A stretch of DNA of 28,665 nucleotides from a virus. Lineage: Duplodnaviria > Heunggongvirae > Uroviricota > Caudoviricetes. The DNA is taken from the IMG/VR virus record IMGVR_UViG_2740892282_000008; one strand, 5' to 3'. The notes beneath the pieces were generated by a model. That model was not told the DNA's origin. It saw only the letters and a program-made list of their open reading frames with translations, and did not search any database. The stretch's first letter is position 1, and every line of letters begins with the position of its first letter. The position numbers and the translations under genes are program-made. Shown here piece by piece: positions 1 through 8,399 of the stretch.

Positions 1-393
1 ATGTTAGATATTGACAGTTTCAAAAGCATCAATGACAAATGGGGGCATCATATGGGTGATCAAGTCATAGTAATGGTTACCAGAATAATAAAAAAATCCA
101 TCAGGAAAGAGGATATATTAGGGCGCTTAGGCGGTGAGGAGTTCGGTATTATCATTAAAGGTAATACTCAAAAGCTCTTGCTATCAATTGCAGAGCGAAT
201 CAGAAAAAACATTGAAGAGCAATGCTCGGAAAAATTATTATCGCATGGACCTGAGAAAATAACTGTCAGTATTGGTTGCTTTACTTCAAAAGAGAATAAC
301 CTCAGTCCATCTGAAATGTTAGTCAATGCCGATAAAGCGTTATATCAAGCCAAAAGAACCGGAAAAAACAAGGTGATAATTCACTCAAAATAA
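1..393 (+). CDS. GGDEF-domain diguanylate cyclase, C-terminal portion (5' end lies outside the window)
   Basis: Frame-1 ORF open from the window edge; GGEEF active-site motif (RLGGEEFGIII) with typical downstream cyclase sequence; stop at 391-393. Confidence 0.8.
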   Translation: MLDIDSFKSINDKWGHHMGDQVIVMVTRIIKKSIRKEDILGRLGGEEFGIIIKGNTQKLLLSIAERIRKNIEEQCSEKLLSHGPEKITVSIGCFTSKENNLSPSEMLVNADKALYQAKRTGKNKVIIHSK

Positions 394-420
394 ACACCTT
401 TTTAAAATACAGCCCCAATA

Positions 421-457
421 AACTGCAGAATATTATCCCATATAATATCCTGCAGTT
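421..457. other. 37-bp near-perfect inverted repeat (16-bp arms, 5-nt spacer) between convergent GGDEF and tfa genes; possible bidirectional terminator or prophage/deletion junction
   Basis: aactgcagaatattat-cccat-ataatatcctgcagtt; the arms are reverse complements with one mismatch. No clean T-run on either side. Confidence 0.4.
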
Positions 458-466
458 CGTAATGCA

Positions 467-1051
467 CTATTCGATAATGGGTACTGTTGGCCATTCAATA
501 TCCGGTGCAGTTGTTGTATTAACACGGTTCAGCAACACCCGATACTTCTTCCAGGCTTCCAGCAACGAGGTTTCTTCCTCCGTTGCAATTTCCAGATCTG
601 CAGCATCCTGAAGCGGCGCAATATGCTCACTGGCTACCTGCATCAGGCTGTTTTTTGTTTCTTCCGCCTCCCGGATCCGGAACAGTTTTTCTGCTTCTGC
701 ATCTTTCACCCAGGCTGTGCCGTTCCACTTCTGATATTCCCCTCCCGGCGACAACCAGGTAACATTTTCCGGTAACGGACCGAGTTCAGAAATAAATAAC
801 GCGTCGCCGGAAGCCACGTCATAAACCGTTTTACACCGATGGTCTTCAACGAGATGCCACGATGCCTCATCACTGTTGAAAACAGCCACAAAGCCAGCAG
901 GAATATCTGGTGGTGCAATATCGGTACTGTTTGCTGGCAGACCTGTATGAGGCGGAATATATGCGTCACCTTCACCAATAAATTCATTAGTTCCGACCAG
1001 CAGATTATAAATTTTTATGGTCCGTGGTTGTTCACTCATTCTGAATGCCAT
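467..1051 (-). CDS. tfa: Tail fibre assembly protein (Tfa family)
   Basis: 194-aa ORF with ATG start; N-terminus [18 protein letters not shown] and overall sequence match my recollection of E. coli prophage TfaR/TfaE proteins; stop overlaps the upstream ORF by 1 nt. Confidence 0.85.
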   Translation of the reverse strand: MAFRMSEQPRTIKIYNLLVGTNEFIGEGDAYIPPHTGLPANSTDIAPPDIPAGFVAVFNSDEASWHLVEDHRCKTVYDVASGDALFISELGPLPENVTWLSPGGEYQKWNGTAWVKDAEAEKLFRIREAEETKNSLMQVASEHIAPLQDAADLEIATEEETSLLEAWKKYRVLLNRVNTTTAPDIEWPTVPIIE

Positions 1052-1362
1052 TATGCAAGCCTCACAATATAGTTAAATGCGATGTTTTTGACGGTGTTTT
1101 CCGCATTATCAGCAGCGTTAACGGTGATGGTGTGTCCATGTGAACCAATCGCAACGGAGTGCGTATGAGCACCAATAGCTGCTTTTAATTTTGCGAGCGC
1201 GTTCTTCTCATCTTCTGTTGCCTTAGTCACTTTCCCTGCGCTATTTGCAGCAGTTTCCCCAGCCTGCGTCATTTTGACTAATGAGGAGGTCAGATTGTCA
1301 GCATTATTTTTCGCTCCAGTGCTATCAATAATTATTGCGAGACGCGAGGTTTGCTCTGCCAT
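1051..1362 (-). CDS. Side tail fibre C-terminal domain protein (103 aa), probable remnant of a longer stf gene
   Basis: C-terminal His-rich motif [18 protein letters not shown]...[11 protein letters not shown] typical of lambdoid side tail fibre C-termini; has its own ATG and an AGGAG RBS, but no virion-attachment N-terminal domain; a terminator lies immediately upstream. Confidence 0.6.
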
Positions 1363-1385
1363 TTATTAAAACTCCTGACAACAAA

Positions 1386-1407
1386 AAACCCACCGCGAAG
1401 TGGGTTT
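1386..1407 (-). terminator. Rho-independent terminator (minus strand)
   Basis: 8-bp stem aaacccac/gtgggttt with 6-nt loop; on the minus strand it is followed by a T-run (ttttttgttg). Confidence 0.6.
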
Positions 1408-1527
1408 CAGGCGACATAATAGTAGATATAGCGATTACGAGGCCACGCAATGCTTTTCTCCAGGAGCATCATCGATTTAATTAAAGACACCATCACATCT
1501 CTGTAACAGAGTGTACGTAATTAACAA

Positions 1528-1761
1528 CTACACACACTGCTCCTGAAAATACTGGTCATTCAGTGCAAAGATCACTGCTTCAAATTCATCGCGCTCAATC
1601 AATACCGGATGAGTGGCTAAATATTCATTTATCTCTGTCAGAGATAAAGGCAAAGGCAGCCCAGCCATTCCAGCATAACGTCGGGCACGGGATATTACCG
1701 AATAGGCGTACAACAACTCCTTAAGCACCGGGTCTATTTCTGGTTCCGGTATCGGTGGCAA
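1528..1761 (-). CDS. Hypothetical protein (77 aa)
   Basis: ORF with TTG start only and weak RBS; no recognisable motif. Confidence 0.3.
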   Translation of the reverse strand: MPPIPEPEIDPVLKELLYAYSVISRARRYAGMAGLPLPLSLTEINEYLATHPVLIERDEFEAVIFALNDQYFQEQCV

Positions 1762-1835
1762 CCTGAGTTTTTCTCGCTTCCATCTTGCCTTTTCCCCCCT
1801 TTCTCCCCCGAACTCCGATAACCACCGCTGGGCAG

Positions 1836-2297
1836 CTATGGCTTTTTTATCGTATCCTGCTTCTGCTGCTCTTTACCCTGGGCGATGCTGGCTGCTTCTG
1901 CAAGGATCTGCCAGTACAACTCTGGATTCTGCTTAAGCAGCGCGATCCCTCGTTCTGCCGTATATTCCAGTGCAACCTCAACACCATTAACCAGTTCACC
2001 AACCCCTTTCCAGTCTTTCAGCAGATAACGAGCGGCATTATCAATGAGTAAATCATCAACAGAATCCACCTCGGAAACCTTTGAAATATCAAACTCCTTC
2101 GTTCCGACGTGCAAACTGGCATCCATTTTCTCAATGTGGCGACGGATTAATGCATTACGGGAGCGATACTGATCGTTATCGCTGCTTGCCACCAACAGTT
2201 TTAACCCGTCTACAGGTTTTAAGTCCTTCATTGGCGTAAACCAGCGTTCTCCACCAATGATAATTTTCTGATTAAGAATAAACATCCATAACCTCAT
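1836..2297 (-). CDS. Hypothetical phage protein (153 aa)
   Basis: ATG start with G-rich RBS; co-oriented with neighbouring phage ORFs; function not recognisable. Confidence 0.45.
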   Translation of the reverse strand: MRLWMFILNQKIIIGGERWFTPMKDLKPVDGLKLLVASSDNDQYRSRNALIRRHIEKMDASLHVGTKEFDISKVSEVDSVDDLLIDNAARYLLKDWKGVGELVNGVEVALEYTAERGIALLKQNPELYWQILAEAASIAQGKEQQKQDTIKKP

Positions 2298-2345
2298 TCA
2301 ATGCGTCCCCCTGTAGGGCAGTACCACAGGAGGAATAACGGAAAA

Positions 2346-2789
2346 TCAACTAATCGCCTCAGCACTGGCTTTTGCGATCACGGCAGCCGGGGAATTTTTT
2401 TTTCTGGTTAGTCGGTACGCCTCTGTCGGCTTTTTACCCTGAGCAACAAGCATCGCAAACTTAGCCTGCTGGTCAGAAATGCCGAATTCATCGGGACAGA
2501 ACGAAAATTCCTCCGCGTCGCCCTCATTCAGGCCCGCATCGAATACTGGCTTTTTTTCCTGAGATTTTTCGTTCCGCTTTTGTGCAGTCTGCGCAGATTT
2601 TTTCTGCGCACTTTTTTGTGCAGTTTTGCACATTTCTGTCTGCGCATTTTTCGGAGTTTTTTTGATGTAACGACGGGCTGTTGCGTAATTCAGTCCCCTT
2701 GCTTCACACCATGCCACCGGAGATATACCGGAGCGGGTGTATTCAGCAATATACTCCTGCTGCAACGCCCCCCAGTCCGGTCTGCTCAT
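2346..2789 (-). CDS. Hypothetical HTH-containing protein (147 aa), possibly terminase small subunit-like
   Basis: N-terminal helix-turn-helix-like segment (ISPVAWCEARGLNYATARRYI); central low-complexity AQK repeat encoded by repeated TGCGCA/TGTGCAG DNA motifs; sits where terS is expected downstream of the lysis genes. Confidence 0.45.
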   Translation of the reverse strand: MSRPDWGALQQEYIAEYTRSGISPVAWCEARGLNYATARRYIKKTPKNAQTEMCKTAQKSAQKKSAQTAQKRNEKSQEKKPVFDAGLNEGDAEEFSFCPDEFGISDQQAKFAMLVAQGKKPTEAYRLTRKKNSPAAVIAKASAEAIS

Positions 2790-2792
2790 CAG

Positions 2793-3044
2793 TTAGTCCT
2801 GATTTTTATCCACCCTGAGTAGTTCGCGCAGAGCAAAGGCATCCCCTTTTCTGGCAAGCTTAAACAATGCCGCTCGTAACTCGGCTTCACCTTTCGCTCT
2901 GCCCTTACGGATGGCCGCATAAAAATCTGTCATTGCTTCCCGATTTTCTTTCAGTCGGTTCAGATCAACATCCAGAACGTCAGCGATTTGTTGTGCAGTC
3001 ATCCGGCACGCTGCCAGAGACTCGACTTTCGAATACGGAATCAT
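2793..3044 (-). CDS. Hypothetical small HTH-like protein (83 aa)
   Basis: ATG with strong RBS (GGGGGTGA); overlaps the 3' end of the upstream gene in another frame. Confidence 0.5.
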   Translation of the reverse strand: MIPYSKVESLAACRMTAQQIADVLDVDLNRLKENREAMTDFYAAIRKGRAKGEAELRAALFKLARKGDAFALRELLRVDKNQD

Positions 3045-3933
3045 TTGTCACCCCCATTGATATGCAGGGTGTCTTCTTCCTGTATTTTTCGTGAAGGATT
3101 TTTACTGCAGCGTTGTTCCAGGTGACCTGATGGTGAATGCGTTTATGGCTGGCACCCATCAGTGAGATTTTTACGCACGACGGCGCATACATGACGGAGT
3201 AAAAACTTTTAACGTAGGTTCCGGAATCCAGATACAGCTCGGTCATTCCGCCGCTGTTTTTCTGCGTCTGTTTCTGCCCTAACTGGACAGCACCGATCGT
3301 CATAAACAATTCACCACAGCGACCGAGATTCGTGTACGTATTCACATCCTCGTTAATGCGCCCCATGAATGAGAACGGTCGATCAACCGAACAGATAAAG
3401 CTGTTCATTGCCTTGCGTTTCACCCACGAAGCATGGCCGCCATTGTCACCAAGAAAATCCCCGCCCTGCGACATAGCGATGGAAAGAGCAGGTATTGATT
3501 CGTAGTACGCCAGCATTTCAGAAAGGATCGCATCCAGTTTCCTTATCGGAAAATAGGCCTGGTCATAGTTGCGATCCACCCGAAACTGGAACTCGTGATA
3601 ATCATCATCGAGCTGAATGAAGTATTTACACCCGACCAGTTTTGCCAGGTCGAAACAGGCATTACGGGCGTAAAAAATTGAGCGGCGGTCACAGAAATTA
3701 TCGGCTTCGTCAAAACGACTGGCGATATCGGCTTTGGAAAACACCAGCACCTGTTCACCAAATTCAGCCATGTACTGATTCCGTGTCTTATCTTCATCAT
3801 CAACAACGATAAAAATTTTCCCGGTATAGCCAGCACGACGCAACGTCCGGTAAGTCAGAACTTTGTCCGGTCGCCCGTGAGTCAGAATAAAGGCGCAAAA
3901 ATCATCACGCATATTCCTCCTCCTCACCACCAT
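2980..3933 (-). CDS. Uncharacterised protein, partner of the ParB-like gene (310-317 aa)
   Basis: Long ORF translationally coupled to the upstream ParB-like gene. The likely true start is the ATG at 3912, preceded by AGGAGGAGG. Contains a possible PD...(D/E)xK-like motif (GRPD ... IFIVVDDEDK); no methyltransferase DPPY/NPPY motif and no PP-loop. Confidence 0.7.
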   Translation of the reverse strand: MVVRRRNMRDDFCAFILTHGRPDKVLTYRTLRRAGYTGKIFIVVDDEDKTRNQYMAEFGEQVLVFSKADIASRFDEADNFCDRRSIFYARNACFDLAKLVGCKYFIQLDDDYHEFQFRVDRNYDQAYFPIRKLDAILSEMLAYYESIPALSIAMSQGGDFLGDNGGHASWVKRKAMNSFICSVDRPFSFMGRINEDVNTYTNLGRCGELFMTIGAVQLGQKQTQKNSGGMTELYLDSGTYVKSFYSVMYAPSCVKISLMGASHKRIHHQVTWNNAAVKILHEKYRKKTPCISMGVTNDSVFESRVSGSVPDDCTTNR

Positions 3934-4696
3934 GCATGATCTCCACCATGCGCTGCGTCATCCGGACAAATCCATTTTCAATAGCCTGCTGATAATCAAT
4001 GATCACCAGCGCCGACTCCTCGAAAAAACACTGAATTTCAGAGGGGGCGTGAGCGTAATAGTCCGCAATTCTGCTGAAATTAAACACCGTGTGACGTTCT
4101 GCCGCACACAGGAGGAATTTCTCAATATCAGGCTCAAGGGACGCCGAACGTATCCGGCTGATCAGCTCCTGAGTTTTCGTATCGTCGTACAGTTCACTGA
4201 TATCCGGTTTACCGCCCGACGGCTCATAAACAGGCGTATCAATTTTCGTCGTATACGGCTCCTCCTCATTTCCTGTACCGGGCAAAACATCCGTCAACAG
4301 TTCATCAATTTCTGTCGGGATGAAGCCTGTCAGGGAGACATCAAAATCAGCATTGATTAGGTCCGACAGCTCCATCCGCAACAGATCTTCATCCCAGCCA
4401 GCATTCATCGGCAGGCGATTATCTGCCAGGCGGTACGCCTTTTTCTGCTCATCCGTCAGGCCAGACAGAACAATGACCGGAACAGAATCCATTTTGAGCA
4501 TTTCAGCCGCCATAACACGACCGTGACCCGCAATAATTTCGCCCTTTTCGTCAATCAGCACCGGATTAGTCCAGCCGAATTGCTTAATACTTTCTACCAG
4601 TTGTGCCACCTGCTCAGGGCTGTGCGTCCTGGCGTTGTGCGCATACGGTGACAATTCTTGTAATGGGCGATAGACTATCTTTAATTTCTCGCTCAT
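3905..4696 (-). CDS. ParB-like nuclease domain (ParB/Srx fold) protein, 263 aa
   Basis: N-terminal ParB-box-like motifs (VYRPLQELSPYAHNARTH ... IIAGHGRVMAA); 3' end overlaps the start of the next gene. Confidence 0.8.
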   Translation of the reverse strand: MSEKLKIVYRPLQELSPYAHNARTHSPEQVAQLVESIKQFGWTNPVLIDEKGEIIAGHGRVMAAEMLKMDSVPVIVLSGLTDEQKKAYRLADNRLPMNAGWDEDLLRMELSDLINADFDVSLTGFIPTEIDELLTDVLPGTGNEEEPYTTKIDTPVYEPSGGKPDISELYDDTKTQELISRIRSASLEPDIEKFLLCAAERHTVFNFSRIADYYAHAPSEIQCFFEESALVIIDYQQAIENGFVRMTQRMVEIMHGGEEEEYA

Positions 4697-4833
4697 ACAG
4701 CCTTGCTTTATGAATAAAACGCACCCCAGCAGCCAGTGCTACTGGGGACGGAGGGGTTGCTGGTAAAGTTAGGTATTGGATCAATGAGTGAGTCAACATA
4801 ATATTAAACTCACAATTATAAATCAGCCATATA

Positions 4834-6291
4834 TTAGGAGCGCCAAAAAAAACCTGAAAACAATATAATAACAGGATAAATTTCAAGGCGACCAAGAATC
4901 ATAGCTATGCACATTAAACATTTTGCAATGTCATTAAGCACTCCGAATGACGATGCAGTAGCCCCAAAACCTAATCCCATATTATTAATACATGCAGCCA
5001 CTGTTGCAAATGATGTAAGAAAATCATATCCCATACCATTTAACACCAGTATAAAAAACACCGTGAAGAGAGTATAAAGAAAAAAGAAACTCCATACAGA
5101 CCTCATTACACGATCTGTAACTATCTTCCCTCCTACATTTACACTCAACAACGCTCTGGGATGAGAAAGCTGATTTATCTCGTGTTTGCTTTGTTTGAAA
5201 AGTATAAGAAATCGAAGTGACTTAATTCCACCACAAGTTGAACCTATACATCCCCCAAAGAAACTTGACAACAGCAAAAACACTATCGTGTGCGTGGGCC
5301 AACTTGCATAATCCTGCGTAGCTAAACCATTATCAGTGAGCATGGAGCTGGCAAGAAAAAACGAATGAATAAAACTTCCATGCAAGTCATACATACCTAT
5401 ATGCCAGACCTGGAAAGAGGTAACAATGATCACCCCTAAGGCTATTAACAGAAAGAAACGAAGTTCAATATCTCTGATTAAAGGTTTTATCGTTTTCCTG
5501 CTAATAACAATATACCAAAGAGTGAAGTTGAAAGCCGATAGCAGGGAAAAAGAACCAGCCACCAGCTCAACCAAATAGTTATTAAAATATCCGATACTCT
5601 CGCTATGAGTTGAGAAACCACCAAGCGAAACTGTGGAAATCCCGTGACAAATAGCATCAAACAAAGGCATTCCTGCAAGTCTATAACAGACAATACAAGC
5701 AATACCTAATAAAGAATAAGTTATCCACAGTGTCCGTGACGTATCGGCCAGGCGGGGAGTGAGTTTGTCATCCTTAAATGGCCCCGGCATTTCTGACTGA
5801 TAAAGCTTTGCACCACCAATACCCAATAATGGCAATACAGCAACCGCCAGAACAATAACTCCTAAACCACCTATAAAATTTAACTGTGACCGATAGTACA
5901 AATATGCCCGAGGTAATGAACTAACATCATCAATTACAGTTGCTCCTGTTGTTGTTATTCCAGAAACCCCTTCAAACAGAGCATCAATGAACGTTAAATT
6001 AAGTTCTGAGTCAATCCATAAAGGGAATGCACTAATAACAGAAAACAAAATCCAAAACATTACAATTATAATAAACCCATCACGGGTACGTAATTGAATG
6101 CCAGATTTCTTAGTTGTATACCACGCTCCGCCACCAATGCAAAAAAATATAACGAAAGTTATAAAGAAAACGAACAGGCTTTTTTCTTTATAAAACAATG
6201 CTACAACCATTGGTGGCAACATTGAAAGACTATAGAGCCAAACCAGGAACCCACACATATGAGTAACAACTCTTACATGAGATGTATTCAT
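4834..6291 (-). CDS. trkG: Trk-system potassium uptake protein TrkG (485 aa)
   Basis: Polytopic membrane protein whose sequence from MNTSHVRVVTHMCGFLVWLYSLS matches my recollection of Rac TrkG; conspicuously AT-rich relative to its neighbours. Confidence 0.9.
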   Translation of the reverse strand: MNTSHVRVVTHMCGFLVWLYSLSMLPPMVVALFYKEKSLFVFFITFVIFFCIGGGAWYTTKKSGIQLRTRDGFIIIVMFWILFSVISAFPLWIDSELNLTFIDALFEGVSGITTTGATVIDDVSSLPRAYLYYRSQLNFIGGLGVIVLAVAVLPLLGIGGAKLYQSEMPGPFKDDKLTPRLADTSRTLWITYSLLGIACIVCYRLAGMPLFDAICHGISTVSLGGFSTHSESIGYFNNYLVELVAGSFSLLSAFNFTLWYIVISRKTIKPLIRDIELRFFLLIALGVIIVTSFQVWHIGMYDLHGSFIHSFFLASSMLTDNGLATQDYASWPTHTIVFLLLSSFFGGCIGSTCGGIKSLRFLILFKQSKHEINQLSHPRALLSVNVGGKIVTDRVMRSVWSFFFLYTLFTVFFILVLNGMGYDFLTSFATVAACINNMGLGFGATASSFGVLNDIAKCLMCIAMILGRLEIYPVIILFSGFFWRS

Positions 6292-6428
6292 ATCTAAATA
6301 TTCTTTCAATTATAACCACCTTGCTGCAATATTATGATTATACTGTATAAAATTTAACTCCTCTTAGATCTTACTTCACTGTTCCTTATGAAACAATCAT
6401 CAAAATGAATCATATTGTAGTTAAGATT

Positions 6429-6893
6429 TTACTTTAAACACTGCTCGGTTATGTATTGCTGAGCACCTTCAAGTTGGGCCTGCATCATTACCAGTCGTTC
6501 CCGGAGGGTGAAATAATCCCGTTCAGCGGTGTCTGCCAGTCGGGGGGAGGCTGCATTATCCACGCCGGAGGCGGTGGTGGCTTCACGCACTGACTGACAG
6601 ACTGCTTTGATGTGCAACCGACGACGACCAGCGGCAACATCATCACGCAGAACATCATTTTCAGCTTTCGCATCAGCTAACTCCTTCGTGTATTTTGCAT
6701 CGAGCGCAGCAACATCACGCTGACGCATCTGCATGTCAGTAATTGCCGCGTTCGCCAGCTTCAGTTCTCTGGCATTTTTGTCGCGCTGTTCTTTGTAGGC
6801 GATGGCGTTATCACGGTAATGATTAACACCCCATGACAGGCAGACGACGATGCAGATAACCAGAGCGGAGATAATCGCGGTTACTCTGTTCAT
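6429..6893 (-). CDS. Rz: Spanin inner-membrane subunit Rz (i-spanin)
   Basis: N-terminal transmembrane segment plus coiled-coil periplasmic domain; ATG overlaps the R stop (ATGA); contains the embedded Rz1 frame. Confidence 0.85.
   Translation of the reverse strand: MNRVTAIISALVICIVVCLSWGVNHYRDNAIAYKEQRDKNARELKLANAAITDMQMRQRDVAALDAKYTKELADAKAENDVLRDDVAAGRRRLHIKAVCQSVREATTASGVDNAASPRLADTAERDYFTLRERLVMMQAQLEGAQQYITEQCLK
6488..6673 (-). CDS. Rz1: Spanin outer-membrane lipoprotein Rz1 (o-spanin), embedded in the +1 frame of Rz
   Basis: 61-aa ORF with lipoprotein signal and lipobox (LPLVVVGC), proline-rich mature part ([15 protein letters not shown]), strong AAGGAG RBS, entirely inside Rz. Confidence 0.8.
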   Translation of the reverse strand: MRKLKMMFCVMMLPLVVVGCTSKQSVSQCVKPPPPPAWIMQPPPDWQTPLNGIISPSGNDW

Positions 6894-7387
6894 TGCTGAC
6901 CCCACAAACAGATTTCACGCTCAATCTCACGACGAGTCATGAGACCTTTCCATTGCTTACCGCCAGCATATGTCCAGCGACGTAGCTGATCACATGCGCC
7001 TTTGATATCGCCCTGGTTTATTTTGCGAAGAAGCGTCGATGTTCTGAAATTGCCAGCACCCACGTTGTAAACGAATGAGTAAAGAGCGCCGCGCGTTGTT
7101 TCCGGTATATCGACTTTGATGTACGGGTTAATTTGTCTGGCGACCGTGGCAAGGTCTTTATTCAGGAGGGCTTTGCATTCTGCTTTGGTATACGTTTTAC
7201 CGAGCATGATGTCTTTTCCTGTATGCCCGTGACATACAGTCCATACACCAACAATATCTTTGTATGGTATGTAGCTGACACCTTCCAGACCATCGTTACC
7301 ACTTGGGCCAGTGATTAACACTGATGCTATAGCAATTGCTCCGCCACCAATAGCAGCAGCAACGACTTTTCGTAATGATGGAGGCAT
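6890..7387 (-). CDS. R: SAR endolysin (phage-21-type lysozyme R)
   Basis: 165 aa; N-terminal signal-anchor-release segment ([20 protein letters not shown]) followed by a lysozyme domain; close match to my recollection of phage 21 R; strong RBS. Confidence 0.9.
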   Translation of the reverse strand: MPPSLRKVVAAAIGGGAIAIASVLITGPSGNDGLEGVSYIPYKDIVGVWTVCHGHTGKDIMLGKTYTKAECKALLNKDLATVARQINPYIKVDIPETTRGALYSFVYNVGAGNFRTSTLLRKINQGDIKGACDQLRRWTYAGGKQWKGLMTRREIEREICLWGQQ

Positions 7388-7602
7388 TATTCACCTCTCG
7401 CAGCCTTGCGCTTATCTTCTTTAATCTTGAAATAAAGGTTTGTCAGGTACGTCAGCAGGCCAAATACCAGACTACCCAGCACACCGATTGCAGCCCACTG
7501 TGACGGAGTTACTCTATCGAGCAACTGTAAAAACCAGTAGCCAGCACTGCCTGCGGAGGTGCCGTAGGCAATGCCTGTTGAAATTTTGTCCATGGATTTC
7601 AT
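7387..7602 (-). CDS. S: Class II holin / pinholin (S21-like) with dual-start motif
   Basis: 71 aa starting [26 protein letters not shown]; two transmembrane segments; dual start Met1/Met4 (holin/antiholin); strong GGAGGTGA RBS; stop overlaps the R start. Confidence 0.85.
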   Translation of the reverse strand: MKSMDKISTGIAYGTSAGSAGYWFLQLLDRVTPSQWAAIGVLGSLVFGLLTYLTNLYFKIKEDKRKAARGE

Positions 7603-7710
7603 AGCCTCACCTCCGTACGGAACGGATGGCATAGTTATTATGTGTAGGCTTTCAGACACATCAATCAGAGCCTTAATTGATATATATGCTGGAGACGATG
7701 CAATATAAAA

Positions 7711-7728
7711 AGCTCGCCGTAGCGAGCT
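7711..7728 (-). terminator. Rho-independent terminator closing the lipoprotein moron (minus strand)
   Basis: Stem agctcgc/gcgagct with loop cgta; on the minus strand it is followed by ttttatatt. Confidence 0.55.
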
Positions 7729-7853
7729 AATAAAATGTATTTCTCTGATATTATGTTTATTTGTATTAGCTCAGACTTGACATCACAGGTTTCGTATATA
7801 GAACATCATCAAATCTGTCAGTTTGCTATGAATGAGATATAGTAATTGAAGAG

Positions 7854-8249
7854 CTAACCTCGCATGTCAAAGCCAGATTTCTGAAAATCTCTGTAGACTT
7901 CCGGATTGTTGAAGGCCGGAAATTTGGCTTTATGAGCTGCGGACTTTATCGCTTCGCAATAGGCTTTATCACCGTTACTGGTAGATATTTTTAACGCCGT
8001 GCCATCCTGAGAGAATTCCATATGCAACCTGCATTTTTTCCCTTTCCAGTTATGCGGCTCATCAAGTTTGGCATTAATTGCAGCTCTGATTCCCCGCGCT
8101 TGCGCCCCCCATTCATCCTGATCATCCCAGCGTCCTGAACTGCAACTACCTGTAGCAGTAGTTTTGTGGCAATCTGAAGGGTGTAAAGGTGTGCATCCCG
8201 CAACAAAACCGACCCAAAAAGTCAACATAACGATTTTCTTTAATCCCAC
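7854..8249 (-). CDS. Lipoprotein with TolA domain-III-like C-terminal domain (paralogue B, 131 aa)
   Basis: GTG start with GAGGAG RBS; signal peptide plus lipobox (FVAGC); C-terminal ~80 aa share the K-C-L-M...G-L...C-EA...PA...EVY-F pattern with the neighbouring paralogue and with the TolA C-terminus. Confidence 0.7.
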   Translation of the reverse strand: MGLKKIVMLTFWVGFVAGCTPLHPSDCHKTTATGSCSSGRWDDQDEWGAQARGIRAAINAKLDEPHNWKGKKCRLHMEFSQDGTALKISTSNGDKAYCEAIKSAAHKAKFPAFNNPEVYRDFQKSGFDMRG

Positions 8250-8399
8250 TTCTTGCTCCTCAATCCATTAAAATCTCAGCAATAGTAGTTGTTACGTCCG
8301 CCACTGGCTCAGAGCTGACTATCCGCTAAATTTAGCTCAGTGCCGTAGCTGTGTCAGAACAAACCTAAGCCGAAACCGTTTATTACAAAACAATAAATA

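Noticed and set aside
706-1072. ORFs at 706-987 (-) and 839-1072 (+) overlapping tfa
   Set aside because: Both are embedded in or antisense to the tfa gene, which has a clear match; no independent start signals.
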